In this document: positions 39,318-49,063 of the stretch, piece after piece | How the letters are laid out: the number at the start of each line of letters is the position of its first letter | Numbering within the stretch: position 1 is the stretch's first letter | From: an uncultured Elusimicrobia bacterium | Lineage (GTDB): Bacteria; Elusimicrobiota; Elusimicrobia; Elusimicrobiales; UBA9959 | NCBI GenBank assembly: GCA_903873295.1 | Contig: CAIQNV010000157.1 | Coordinates: forward strand, 1,989-65,988 | Reading direction: 5' to 3' | DNA: 64,000 bases | Program-made: the position numbers and the translations under genes | Notes under the pieces: model-generated | Seen by the model: only the letters and a program-made list of their open reading frames with translations | Told to the model about the DNA's origin: nothing | The model's database searches: none

Positions 39318-40427
39318 ATGTCCAAATACATATACCAACAAGCAAACTGGCCCAAATTTTTCTGGAATAATGAAATTATTGCCGCTATGCTGGCGGCTGT
39401 GCGCCACCGCCAAGGACTCTTGCTTGGGCGCATGGAAAGCTTGGGGCTTCTTCAACGCAATGAAGCTATCCTGCAAACCCTATCGCTCGAAATAACAAAG
39501 TCCAGTGAGATCGAAGGCGAGCTTTTAGACGCGGCACAAGTACGCTCTTCTATCGCCCGGAGGCTGGGCATGGATATCGCGGGCCTGGTCCCCGCGGACC
39601 GCCGCGTTGACGGCGTTGTGGAAATGTCGCTGGAAGCGACGCAAAATTTTGCCGCGCCGCTTACCACAGAACGCCTCTTTAACTGGCACTCGCTGCTTTT
39701 CCCGGCGGGTACGGCCGGCACGGACAAACTCAAGATCGGAACATGGCGAGATGATTCCAAGGGGCCGATGCAGGTAGTTTCGGGCGCAATAGGGCGCGAG
39801 CATGTGCATTACGAGGCTCCCACGGCAGAGCGCGTCCCCGCTGAAATGACCACGTTCCTTGAATGGGCAAACCAGACCGGCGGCATTGACCCTGTGCTCC
39901 GGGCGGCGGTGGCACATCTCTGGTTCGTTACGATACATCCTTTTGACGACGGCAACGGACGGATAGCGCGGGCGATCGCCGACTGGGCGTTAGCGCGGTC
40001 CGAAAACACTTCCCGGCGTTTCTACAGCATGTCCGCCCAGATCCGCAAAGAGCGCGAGCTGTATTATGACCTGCTGGAGAAAACGCAGAAGGGGAGCCTG
40101 GATATCACGGATTGGGCAAAATGGTTTATAGCCTGCCTCGACCGCGCCATTGAGGGCACAGAAATATCGCTTTCTGATGTGTTTAGAAAAGAACAGTTCT
40201 GGAGGGAGTACTCTGCGATTTCCTTCAATGAGCGTCAGCGGTTAATACTGAACATGCTGCTTGACGGGTTCAAAGGTAAATTAACTTCGACCAAATGGGC
40301 GACGCTGGCCAAATGCTCGCAGGATACCGCGCAGCGCGATATACGGGACCTTATCAATAAAGGTGTGCTGCTCAAAGACCACGGCGGCGGCCGCAGCACC
40401 AGTTATTCCCTGAAAGAACTTAAATAA
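39318..40427 (+). CDS. Fic family protein (DUF4172-Fic-wHTH)
   Basis: YIYQQANWPKF, SSEIEGE, HPFDDGNGRIAR, SQDTAQRDI..GGGRSTSY. Confidence 0.92.
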   Translation: MSKYIYQQANWPKFFWNNEIIAAMLAAVRHRQGLLLGRMESLGLLQRNEAILQTLSLEITKSSEIEGELLDAAQVRSSIARRLGMDIAGLVPADRRVDGVVEMSLEATQNFAAPLTTERLFNWHSLLFPAGTAGTDKLKIGTWRDDSKGPMQVVSGAIGREHVHYEAPTAERVPAEMTTFLEWANQTGGIDPVLRAAVAHLWFVTIHPFDDGNGRIARAIADWALARSENTSRRFYSMSAQIRKERELYYDLLEKTQKGSLDITDWAKWFIACLDRAIEGTEISLSDVFRKEQFWREYSAISFNERQRLILNMLLDGFKGKLTSTKWATLAKCSQDTAQRDIRDLINKGVLLKDHGGGRSTSYSLKELK

Positions 40428-40575
40428 GCATTTCCAAATGCCGCGTACAGATCAAAAGGAATATTCCGGCTCCTGATATGAAATTCCCCCGCAGGAAATT
40501 AACCTGTCGGGGGAAAGTTCGGAAACTAAGAAAATTGGCTCGTATTAACCCACCCGTGGGTCCAACTGGCAGTCT

Positions 40576-42072
40576 TCATCCGGCGGGCCGCGTTTTACGG
40601 TACTTGGCCACCAGGGCCTTGAACTCCGGCGTGCCATTGAGGCCCTTGAGGAAATAGCCATCGCCCAGTTCAGAGGTCAGCTCGTCCCACTGGGCGAAGT
40701 CCCGCTGGAATTCCAGCTCCAGGTATTCCAGGGCTTTCCGCTTGTCCTTTTTGGCGGCCCAGTAATAGTTGGCCAGATTGCCGTAGGGATTGGGGATCGC
40801 CGGGTCCATGCTTATGGCTTTCTCAAGATCGGCGCGGGCTTTTTCCCACTCGCCGGCCCAGAGATAGACCCAGCCCCTGTCGCTAAGCAAGCCGGAATCC
40901 GCCGGTATGGCGACCTCGCACAGTTCCACGGCCTTGGCGGCGTCCGCCCGGCCGGCGGCGTCGCGTTTGAAATAGAAGTTGGCCGCGGCCCGCTGCAGGT
41001 AATCTTCGTAACCGGCCCGCTGCTTCAGTGCCCGGCCATAATCTTCCAGGGAGCCCTCCCGCTGGTTCAGCCGCAGCCTGGCTTGGGCGCGCAGGGCGTA
41101 CACCCCGAAGACGGACGGCCGCAGGCTCACGGCCTTGTCGCAGTCGGCCGCCGCCTCGGCGTAGCGCTTCAGGGCGAAATAGGCGCTGGCGCGGTTGAGG
41201 TAGGTCTCGGCCGGGGCGCCAGAAAGCGCAGCCGCGCGGGTGTAATAATCCACGGCTTCACGGTCCTTGCCGGTGGAGAGGCAGAAAAAACCCTGGTCTA
41301 ACAAAGTGCCCAGGGCGCAGGAGGGACACACGGCCAGTGCCTTGTCTATATCCGCGCGCTCTTTCTCTGGCTGGCCAGTAAACGAGTAAAGCCGGGCCCG
41401 CTCCCGATAATAGTCGTTGACCAGCGGGTCTAGGCGTATGGCTTCGTCCATGTGACGCAGGGAGAGGTCTATCTGGCCCTTCCACAGGTAATACTTACCC
41501 ATGAAAATATGGGGACCGCCTGCCTGCGGCGCCAGCCTGAGGGCCGTCTCAAAATCCTGCAGCGCCAGGTCCGGGCTGTTCATGTTCATGTGGGTGTGGC
41601 CGCGCTTGAGGTAACTTAAATATTTCCAGGGATTGAGGAGCAGCGAGAGCCTGTAGCTGTCGAGCGCTTTGGGGGCCATGCCCATTTGCTGCCCCCGCTC
41701 GGCCAGGTAGTCGGCCAGGTCCAGGCCGGAGAGGCGGTCATGGCGGAACACCTTGACCTCACTGGCCAGCCCCGGGCCGAAGGCCACCGGCGCCAGCAGG
41801 AAAATAAGGAACAGTTTGCGGCGATGCCGGCCGGAGAGCAGGGCGGCCAGCACCGCGGCGGCCCAGATAACTCCGCCGGCCAGGGCGGCCTGGCGCATCT
41901 GCATGGCCGTGAGCCCCTCCAGGCGCATTAGCAGGTAAGGCAGAAAGGCCAGCGGCACGCTGAGCGCGGCCAGCGCCAGGGTGACGCGGGGGTTGAAGAA
42001 ACCCCCAACCTGCGGTCCCGACGGCGGGGGCGCGGGAATGGGCTGGCTCGCTGGTTCTGTATTTTCTGTCAT
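40576..42072 (-). CDS. Membrane-anchored TPR protein
   Basis: Three N-terminal TM segments, multiple TPR motifs. Confidence 0.8.
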   Translation of the reverse strand: MTENTEPASQPIPAPPPSGPQVGGFFNPRVTLALAALSVPLAFLPYLLMRLEGLTAMQMRQAALAGGVIWAAAVLAALLSGRHRRKLFLIFLLAPVAFGPGLASEVKVFRHDRLSGLDLADYLAERGQQMGMAPKALDSYRLSLLLNPWKYLSYLKRGHTHMNMNSPDLALQDFETALRLAPQAGGPHIFMGKYYLWKGQIDLSLRHMDEAIRLDPLVNDYYRERARLYSFTGQPEKERADIDKALAVCPSCALGTLLDQGFFCLSTGKDREAVDYYTRAAALSGAPAETYLNRASAYFALKRYAEAAADCDKAVSLRPSVFGVYALRAQARLRLNQREGSLEDYGRALKQRAGYEDYLQRAAANFYFKRDAAGRADAAKAVELCEVAIPADSGLLSDRGWVYLWAGEWEKARADLEKAISMDPAIPNPYGNLANYYWAAKKDKRKALEYLELEFQRDFAQWDELTSELGDGYFLKGLNGTPEFKALVAKYRKTRPAG

Positions 42073-42186
42073 GGGGCCCTCCGGGCCGGGGTTGCTGGCC
42101 GCCCGCCTCTATCATGGCCATCCGCTTCAGGCCAGCCTTTGCGGGAATGGGGTCAGGTCTTGAATTTTGACATTTCCCCCACTCGT

Positions 42187-42246
42187 TTAACTATACCAAA
42201 CAAAAAGACCCCGGCAAAACAGCCAGGGGCCTTCAAGTAAAATTTT
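42187..42246 (-). terminator. tRNA-Gln terminator region (source of the direct repeats)
   Basis: Minus strand GGCCCCTGGC..GCCGGGGTC hairpin followed by TTTTTGTTT. Confidence 0.7.
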
Positions 42247-42317
42247 CTCCGGGACTAGGATTTGAACCTAGAAAAGCGGATTCAGAGTCCGCTGTGATAC
42301 CGTTTCACCATCCCGGA
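42247..42317 (-). tRNA. tRNA-Gln (CUG), CCA not encoded
   Basis: TCCGGGA acceptor stem, GCGGA-CT-CTG-AA-TCCGC anticodon arm, GGTTCAAATCC T-arm. Confidence 0.93.
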
Positions 42318-42423
42318 ATACAGGTTTATTATATATTTTTTAGGCCTTTTAGACAAAGGCGCGGGAATAATTTCTGGGAATAGGAAGGCAGGCACAGGAC
42401 AATTTAGTAGAATATAGGAACTT

Positions 42424-42495
42424 CGGGGCATAGTGAAATGGTTCTCACGCGTGCTTTGGGAGCATGAGTTCCGAGTTCGATCCTCGGTGCCCCGA
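42424..42495 (+). tRNA. tRNA-Pro (UGG), CCA not encoded
   Basis: CGGGGCA/TGCCCCG acceptor stem, CGTGC-TT-TGG-GA-GCATG, GTTCGATC T-loop. Confidence 0.92.
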
Positions 42496-42516
42496 TAAGA
42501 TTTCCCCCCTTTGATT

Positions 42517-43236
42517 TCAACGTTCACCTAAAAACCGCGCCAGACCGCGCTTTATCGCCGCGCCGACGGCCATACGGAACTCTTCGTCAAGCAGGAGCGG
42601 GCCGCTCTTCTCGATATCGCCGATCTCGAGCAGCACCCGGTAATGGGCGTAATTCACGTTCTCGTCTATGCTGTAAAAAGCCAGCCGGCCCGTTGAAGCG
42701 CAGCGGTAGTTATTGCGCCCGGTGCTGCTGTCCAGGTGCGTGCCGCGGTTTTCCAGGTCCGTGGCGCGCGCTATCTCCTCGATAAGGACATCGGAGAGCT
42801 TCCGGTTTTCCGTCATCATAAGGTCGCCGTCGTGTATATAGCCCCAGACAGCGTGGTGTCCGGAGCCCGAGTTGTTATGCACGCCTATAAACACCAGCGG
42901 CTGCAGTTCGTTCGACCGCGCCAGTTCCCAGGCGTAGCCTGAGATCTTCCCGCCCTCCACGGCGGAAGTGTGGGCGATAAGCGTATTGGTGCCGGTATCG
43001 GCATTATGCAGCCCCGGCTGGAAATAGCTCCAGACTTTGTGCTCGTCGAAATAGGGCGGCTCGCCCATGGCGTACTGCACCATGGCGTCCGCGGTGCGGG
43101 CCTCATTATAGTTCTCGCCGGTATCGCTCTGATGCGAAGGCTGAAAAACCACGACCGTCTTAAACTGCCCGGCGGGACAAAGCGCGCCGGGCAGGAAAAG
43201 GAAAAACGCCAGCGGCAGCATTTTCATGGATTTCAT
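42517..43236 (-). CDS. Secreted protein, divergent Amidase_3-like fold
   Basis: Signal peptide; QPSHQ..NE..GVHNN..LLEIG echoes amidase Zn ligands. Confidence 0.55.
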   Translation of the reverse strand: MKSMKMLPLAFFLFLPGALCPAGQFKTVVVFQPSHQSDTGENYNEARTADAMVQYAMGEPPYFDEHKVWSYFQPGLHNADTGTNTLIAHTSAVEGGKISGYAWELARSNELQPLVFIGVHNNSGSGHHAVWGYIHDGDLMMTENRKLSDVLIEEIARATDLENRGTHLDSSTGRNNYRCASTGRLAFYSIDENVNYAHYRVLLEIGDIEKSGPLLLDEEFRMAVGAAIKRGLARFLGER

Positions 43237-43245
43237 AAAAGGCTC

Positions 43246-44028
43246 TTAAAAGCTGAAGACGGCGGCCGCCCCGGCATAGTCCGGCGAATAGACCGGCAGC
43301 AGCAGGGCCGAAGGCGAAGCGCTTTTTTCTTTCCTGGCCGCCACCCAGCGCCCGACGGCCGTCCCTATCGCCGCCCCCGCCAGCACGTCGGAAGCCCAGT
43401 GTTTGTCGGCGTAAACGCGCTGGAGCGCCACAGAGGAGGCCAGCGCATAGGCAAGGCCCTTTACCGCCCGCGACCCGGAGCGGGCCGCGAACACCGAAGC
43501 TACGGAGAACGCGCTGACCGTGTGCCCTGAAGGAAAAGAGGTGCACGCGGTCTTGAATCTGAAAGGCGTAAAACGGCTCTTGCCGTCGCCGGCGTAAGGG
43601 CGCGCGCGCCCGGCGGAATACTTCAGCAGCGTGCCGGCTGCGTTGGCCGCCAGGAAAGACTCCGCGGCGAGCAGCGAGGTCTCCTGCATGCGGGGATCTT
43701 TCAGGAGCAGGCCCAGGCCGCCGTAAGCCGCTACGATAGCCGCGTCATAGCCGCCGTTCCCGAGCTTCTCAGCGTTCTTCGAGATCTCGTCGTTCAGCCG
43801 CGACCTGTTCCTGAGGAAGGCGCGCCTGAGCTGCCCGTCAAGGGAATAGACGGCCAGGCCGCCCGCGGTCAAAGCGCCTAAGGCCGGAAGATCCGCTTTG
43901 CTTATCCGCGCCGGCGAGGAGACGGCCCTGCCGGCCGAATACAGGACTTCGCCAGGAAATCCCCCCGCCGCCGCGGCGGAAGGAGACAGCAGAAGAAGCG
44001 CCAGGGGGAACTCGCGGAGGCGCCTCAT
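43246..44028 (-). CDS. PAP2 family phosphatase
   Basis: K...GRARP, SFPSGH, RVYADKHWASD. Confidence 0.88.
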   Translation of the reverse strand: MRRLREFPLALLLLSPSAAAAGGFPGEVLYSAGRAVSSPARISKADLPALGALTAGGLAVYSLDGQLRRAFLRNRSRLNDEISKNAEKLGNGGYDAAIVAAYGGLGLLLKDPRMQETSLLAAESFLAANAAGTLLKYSAGRARPYAGDGKSRFTPFRFKTACTSFPSGHTVSAFSVASVFAARSGSRAVKGLAYALASSVALQRVYADKHWASDVLAGAAIGTAVGRWVAARKEKSASPSALLLPVYSPDYAGAAAVFSF

Positions 44029-44607
44029 TTATAAACCGAGCAGGCCGTTCTTAAGAGCCTTATCGGCCGGCTTGGAGCCGAGCCAGACCCTGAATAGCGC
44101 GTCGGCGAAATCTTTTCCTTCTATGGAACCAGCGGGCTTGCCGTTAGCCTGCAGCTCTACTCCCGCTCCGGGCCGGTAGAGGAAAAGCAGTTTATCCCCT
44201 TTTTTCACGTCGGGAATAAGCTTTTCGAATTTGGCTATGCGGTCTTTAAGGGCGGGCAGCTCAGGGCCGGCGTTATTTACAAAGCCCTCGGCTATGGCCT
44301 TGGCCACGTCCGCGCCGTCCACGCCGCGCAGAAAAACAAGCTCCATCCGCTTTATCTGCTCCGAGGCGGCTATCTCCAGCCCGTCCCTGGAGGTTTTTTC
44401 CAAATAGAGGCCGGCCACATAGACCTTGAACACCACTTTGGTGCGCAGGCCCATGCCGTTGAGCTCGAGCTTTTTCCCCTCCAACTGCATGGCCGCGGGC
44501 ATGCTGACGCCCTTAAGCGTCACCTCCACCTCCGCCGCGCTAAGCGCGCAGGGCAGGGTAAGCAGCAGTAACATCGCCATTTTTTTCATAAGTTCTCCTT
44601 GCTCCAA
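44029..44607 (-). CDS. Chalcone isomerase-like protein
   Basis: LNGMGLRTK.VFKVYVAGLYL, VWLG..P. Confidence 0.87.
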   Translation of the reverse strand: MEQGELMKKMAMLLLLTLPCALSAAEVEVTLKGVSMPAAMQLEGKKLELNGMGLRTKVVFKVYVAGLYLEKTSRDGLEIAASEQIKRMELVFLRGVDGADVAKAIAEGFVNNAGPELPALKDRIAKFEKLIPDVKKGDKLLFLYRPGAGVELQANGKPAGSIEGKDFADALFRVWLGSKPADKALKNGLLGL

Positions 44608-44610
44608 GTT

Positions 44611-45336
44611 CTAACGTTTACCGCCGTAAAGTATCTTAAGCCGGGCCGGGTCCCTGACCGCGCTGAAGGGATTACGCACGAAATTGAATAGCTGCGCCGC
44701 GATCTCGCGCCGGCCGTACATCCTGAATTTTCTGGCTGAGCTGAGATGCCGGGCGGAAGTTATTATTTTGAAATCCAGGCCCTGAGCGGCGCCCCAGCGC
44801 TTAAGCGCGCCCGAAAGCGCTACCTCCTCCGCGGCATAAAGCAGCGGACTGAAGCCGCCGACCGCGCAGAACGCGTCGCGCCGGCAGAAGATATAGGAGC
44901 CGGCCGCAAGCCCGAAAGTCCGCGAAAGCAGGTTCCAGAACCAGGTCAGCGCCGCGCCCCAGGCGGGCGGCGGCGGGTCAAAGGCCACAAGCGCCCCCCC
45001 CCCGCAGCAGGCCCCGGAATCAATAAGGCGCAGGGTCTCCGCCAGCACGGCGGGGGACAGGCGCGAATCCGCGTCGATAAAGAGCAGCCAGCCGCCCGAG
45101 GCCGCCGCCGCGCCGCGGTTGCGCGCCCCGGCGATCCGGTTGAGCGGCTCGAAAACGGTTCTGACTCCCCGGGCGGCCGCCAGGGCCGCGGTGCCGTCGG
45201 AGGAGTTATTGTCGCAGACGATGAGCTCATGCTCCCGGCCGCCGGACTGCGCCGCAAAAGCCGACCTCACGCTGTCGATACAGGCGCCCAGAAGTTTTTG
45301 CTCGTTAAAAGCCGGTATGACAACGGAGACTTTCAT
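44611..45336 (-). CDS. Glycosyltransferase family 2
   Basis: SVVIPAFNE, DNNSSDGT, ARNRG, FIDAD. Confidence 0.9.
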   Translation of the reverse strand: MKVSVVIPAFNEQKLLGACIDSVRSAFAAQSGGREHELIVCDNNSSDGTAALAAARGVRTVFEPLNRIAGARNRGAAAASGGWLLFIDADSRLSPAVLAETLRLIDSGACCGGGALVAFDPPPPAWGAALTWFWNLLSRTFGLAAGSYIFCRRDAFCAVGGFSPLLYAAEEVALSGALKRWGAAQGLDFKIITSARHLSSARKFRMYGRREIAAQLFNFVRNPFSAVRDPARLKILYGGKR

Positions 45337-45419
45337 TACCAGACAATTATAGAATAATATATATAAGCCTTTTCGTTTTTGGTAGGATTAAAGGATATTC
45401 TCCCGTATGGATACCACCC

Positions 45420-47372
45420 GTGAAACTAACGACCGTTTTTGCGACAGCCCTGCTGCTTATGCCCGCACACTTTAAAGCCGCCTCCGCGGCGGCCCCGGCC
45501 CCGCGCTCCTGGACCCAGGTGCATTTCCTGCCGGGGGATTTCAGGGATTTCCGCACGCAGAATTTACTGCCCGCGGCCTTCCCCGACGGCGCTTTCGCGG
45601 TCGAGGATACAAGCCGCCCCGCCGTCCTCACCTCGGCGCAGCTCGACGCCGTTTTCGCCTTTAACGAGCTGCTGCTTTCCGCCGACGCCGTCTTTCCGGG
45701 CGGCGGCGGGCTTGAGGCGGAGGCGCAGGTAAAGACCGCGGCCGGCTGGAGCCCCTGGTTCAGCTTCGGCCGCTTTAACGCGGCCGGCGGCGGCCTGAGC
45801 CCCGCGCCGCAGGAGAACTCCTTCGGCAAAGTCGACATCGACATACTGAGGCTGAAGCAAAAAGCCTCCGCTTTGCGCTACCGTCTCACCGTCACTTCCG
45901 CCGGCGGCAAGGCCCCGGTGATCCGCCTCGCGGCGGTCTCCTACACCGATTCGGACGCGCCCTACTCGCCGGGCGGGGCCGCCGCCAGGCCCGCCTCCTT
46001 CAGGCCGGTCAAACTCGCTTCGCCGCGCTTCTCGCAGATGCTGCAGCAGGTAAACTACGCCGGCGATATCTGCAGCCCCGTCTCGCTCTCTATGGCGCTG
46101 TGCGGCCTGGGCCTGCGCGCGGAGCCGCTTGAGACGGCCGGGGCCGTGCTCGACTCCGCGCAGAACATTTACGGCAACTGGTTCTTTAACACGGCGCACG
46201 CCGGCACGCGCGGGCTCTACTCCTTCATCTCGCGCCTTAATTCGCTTGAGGAGGCGCGCGCCTTCCTTGAGGCCGGAGCCCGGGTAATAGCGAGCGTCAC
46301 CTTCGGGCCGGACGAGCTAAGGAACTCGCCGCTCAAAAAAACGAAGGGCCACCTGCTGGTGATAGCCGGCTTCAACGCCAAAGGCGACGTGATAACCAAC
46401 GACCCCGCGGCCCCCGACGAGAAGACCGTAGAGCGGGTCTACGACCGGGCCCAGTTCGCCCAGGCCTGGCTCAAGAACAAATACGGAACCGCCTATATAA
46501 TAGCGAAAGACCTTAACCGCTTCCTGGCGGTAAAGGAAAATGTGGCGGAGTTTTATGCCATGCCCCCCGGCCCCGGCGCCTACGAGCGCGGGAAGCTGAT
46601 AGAAAGCCAGCTGCTTTTTAACGAGCGGGTCGAGCTTATGGAAGTTTCCGGGACCTGGGCCCGCGCCAGGGCCGCCGAGCAGACGAGCCTGCTGGCCGAC
46701 AGGAAAACGCTGGCCCCCTACGAGGGCTGGCTGCCGCTTGAAAGCCTGGCCTTCAGCCTGCCGCTGCCTCCCACCGCGGTGGTAAAAACCAAAACCGCCG
46801 GGACCGCCAAAGCCGGCGGAGTGGAACTTTCCCTGGGCGTGAGACTGCGCGTCGTAGGCGGAGCAAAAGGCGGCGCCCTGGCTTTTCCCTCAAGCGGACC
46901 CGCGCTGATACTGGCTGAAAAAGACCTCAGCCCGCTGCCGCTGAAAGTCCCGCCGGCGGAGCTGCGCCCCGGCATCCTGAACACGGCCAGATTTTTCCTC
47001 GGCGACAAATACTATTGGGGCGGCCGCAGCGCCTGGGGCATAGACTGCTCCGGCCTGGTGAACCTGGCCTACCGGGCCTGGGGCCTGGAGCTGCCGCGCA
47101 ACGCCGACGATCAGTACGCAGCCTCCAGGAGCGTCAGCCGGGAGAACCTGAAGCCCGCCGACCTTATTTTTTCGGCCGAGACCGACAAGCCCGGGCGCAT
47201 GACCCATGTCATGCTTTATGCCGGAGCCGGAAAGCTTATCGAGGCCACCCGCGACAGCAATTCCGTGCGCGAAATTTCCTTCGCGGAAAAATTCGGCGCC
47301 GACTTCGGGAAAGCCAAAAACGGCATGGTTGCCGGAGATAAAAAGATCTTCTTCAGAAAGATCATAAATTAG
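45420..47372 (+). CDS. Secreted C39-like peptidase + SH3-like + NlpC/P60 fusion
   Basis: SQ..CSPVS, GHLLV, NDP (C39-like); YYWGG..GIDCSGLV, HVMLY (NlpC/P60). Confidence 0.85.
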   Translation: MKLTTVFATALLLMPAHFKAASAAAPAPRSWTQVHFLPGDFRDFRTQNLLPAAFPDGAFAVEDTSRPAVLTSAQLDAVFAFNELLLSADAVFPGGGGLEAEAQVKTAAGWSPWFSFGRFNAAGGGLSPAPQENSFGKVDIDILRLKQKASALRYRLTVTSAGGKAPVIRLAAVSYTDSDAPYSPGGAAARPASFRPVKLASPRFSQMLQQVNYAGDICSPVSLSMALCGLGLRAEPLETAGAVLDSAQNIYGNWFFNTAHAGTRGLYSFISRLNSLEEARAFLEAGARVIASVTFGPDELRNSPLKKTKGHLLVIAGFNAKGDVITNDPAAPDEKTVERVYDRAQFAQAWLKNKYGTAYIIAKDLNRFLAVKENVAEFYAMPPGPGAYERGKLIESQLLFNERVELMEVSGTWARARAAEQTSLLADRKTLAPYEGWLPLESLAFSLPLPPTAVVKTKTAGTAKAGGVELSLGVRLRVVGGAKGGALAFPSSGPALILAEKDLSPLPLKVPPAELRPGILNTARFFLGDKYYWGGRSAWGIDCSGLVNLAYRAWGLELPRNADDQYAASRSVSRENLKPADLIFSAETDKPGRMTHVMLYAGAGKLIEATRDSNSVREISFAEKFGADFGKAKNGMVAGDKKIFFRKIIN

Positions 47373-47438
47373 CCGGACGGCCCGACTGCGCTTTCCGCAT
47401 TCCGCAGCCGGCCGCCCGCCGGTTCCAGGGAACCTGAC

Positions 47439-49061
47439 ATGACCATAGAAGAAAAGATCGAGAATATTTTTCCGGCGGAGACCGCCGTTCCCGATGCCGC
47501 CCGCCTGGCGCCGCTCGAGCAGAAAGAATACCTGATAAACGGCAAGATCAAGAACTGGACCGGAGCCCGGCACGAAGTGTTCTCGCCGGTAAGCCTGCGC
47601 GGAAAGAACGGCGCCGCGCGCGCGCGCCTCGGCTCCTATCCGCTGATGACCGAAAAAGAGGCGCTGGAGGCCCTGGACGCGGCCGCCGATGCTTACGACG
47701 AGGGGAGGGGCCTCTGGCCCACGCTCGGCGTGGAAGCCCGCATAGCCCGCATGGAAGATTTCGTCCGCCGCATGAAAGAGAAGCGCGCCGAAGTGGTGAA
47801 CCTGCTCATGTGGGAAATAGGCAAGTCGCTCGAGGATTCGGCCAAAGAGTTCGACCGCACGGTGGAATACATAGTGGACACTATAAACGCGCTGAAGGAC
47901 CTGGACAGGACTTCCTCCCGCCTGTCCGTGGCGCAGGGGATAATAGCGCAGATAAAGCGCGCTCCGCTGGGCGTGGTGCTGTGCATGGGCCCCTATAATT
48001 ACCCGCTCAACGAGACCTTCACCACCCTGATCCCCGCCATACTGATGGGGAACACCGTAGTTTTCAAGCCGCCTAAATACGGCGTACTGCTGCACAGGCC
48101 GCTGCTGGAGGCCTTCCGCGACTCGTTCCCCGAGGGCGTGGTGAACACGCTTTACGGCGAGGGCCGGAAGATAATCGGGCCCCTTATGAAGACCGGCAAG
48201 GTCAACGTGCTGGCTTTCATCGGCTCGAGCAAGGTGGCCGATATTTTAAAGCAGCAGCACCCCAAGCCCCACCGCCTGCGCTGCGTGCTGGGACTGGACG
48301 CCAAGAACGCCGGTATAATACTGCCCGACGCCGACATAGACCAGGCCGTGGAAGAATGCCTGGCGGGCGCGCTTTCCTTCAACGGCCAGCGCTGCACGGC
48401 GCTTAAGATCCTGTTCGTGCACCGCTCGGTGCTGGGCGAGTTCACGGGGAAGCTGGTGGCCGCCATCGAGAACCTGCCGCTGGGCATGCCCTGGGAGCCC
48501 AAGGTAAAGCTCACCCCCCTGCCGGAGGACGACAAGATCCCGTACCTGGCGGAAGTGATCGCGGACGCGAAGGAACACGGCGCCAAAGTGATAAATGAAT
48601 GCGGCGGCCTCACCAACGGCAACTTCGTCTACCCGGCCGTGGTCTGCCCCGCCGGCGACAAAATGCGGCTGTGGCGCGAGGAGCAGTTCGGCCCGGTGAT
48701 CCCGGTGGCGCCTTTCAGCGATATCAGCGAGCCGCTCAAGTACGTGGTGGACTCCGACTTCGGGCAGCAGGTGAGCGTCTTCGGGCGCGATATGGACAAG
48801 ATCGCCCCCATGCTCGACACGCTGGTGAACCAGGTCTGCCGCGTGAACATAAACAGCCAGTGCCAGCGCGGGCCCGACATTTTCCCTTTCACCGGCCGCA
48901 AGGATTCCGCCGAGGGGACCTTGTCCGTCTCCGACGCGCTGCGCGTGTTCTCTATACGCACGCTGGTGGCGGCCAAGGAGTCCGACGCCAACAAGGCGCT
49001 TATCCGCGGCATCCTGCGCGGCCGCAAGTCCAAATTCCTTTCGACGGATTTCATCCTGTAA
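47439..49061 (+). CDS. NADP-dependent glyceraldehyde-3-phosphate dehydrogenase (GapN-like ALDH)
   Basis: [28 protein letters not shown]. Confidence 0.85.
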   Translation: MTIEEKIENIFPAETAVPDAARLAPLEQKEYLINGKIKNWTGARHEVFSPVSLRGKNGAARARLGSYPLMTEKEALEALDAAADAYDEGRGLWPTLGVEARIARMEDFVRRMKEKRAEVVNLLMWEIGKSLEDSAKEFDRTVEYIVDTINALKDLDRTSSRLSVAQGIIAQIKRAPLGVVLCMGPYNYPLNETFTTLIPAILMGNTVVFKPPKYGVLLHRPLLEAFRDSFPEGVVNTLYGEGRKIIGPLMKTGKVNVLAFIGSSKVADILKQQHPKPHRLRCVLGLDAKNAGIILPDADIDQAVEECLAGALSFNGQRCTALKILFVHRSVLGEFTGKLVAAIENLPLGMPWEPKVKLTPLPEDDKIPYLAEVIADAKEHGAKVINECGGLTNGNFVYPAVVCPAGDKMRLWREEQFGPVIPVAPFSDISEPLKYVVDSDFGQQVSVFGRDMDKIAPMLDTLVNQVCRVNINSQCQRGPDIFPFTGRKDSAEGTLSVSDALRVFSIRTLVAAKESDANKALIRGILRGRKSKFLSTDFIL

Positions 49062-49063
49062 TT

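Noticed and set aside
34115-42246. CRISPR array or classical integron attC array
   Set aside because: Repeats are kilobases apart and lack attC R/L box structure; no cas or intI gene in the window
48599-49063. N-terminal extension of nth in the ORF track
   Set aside because: Alternate-frame overlap with the gapN-like gene; real start is ATG 49064
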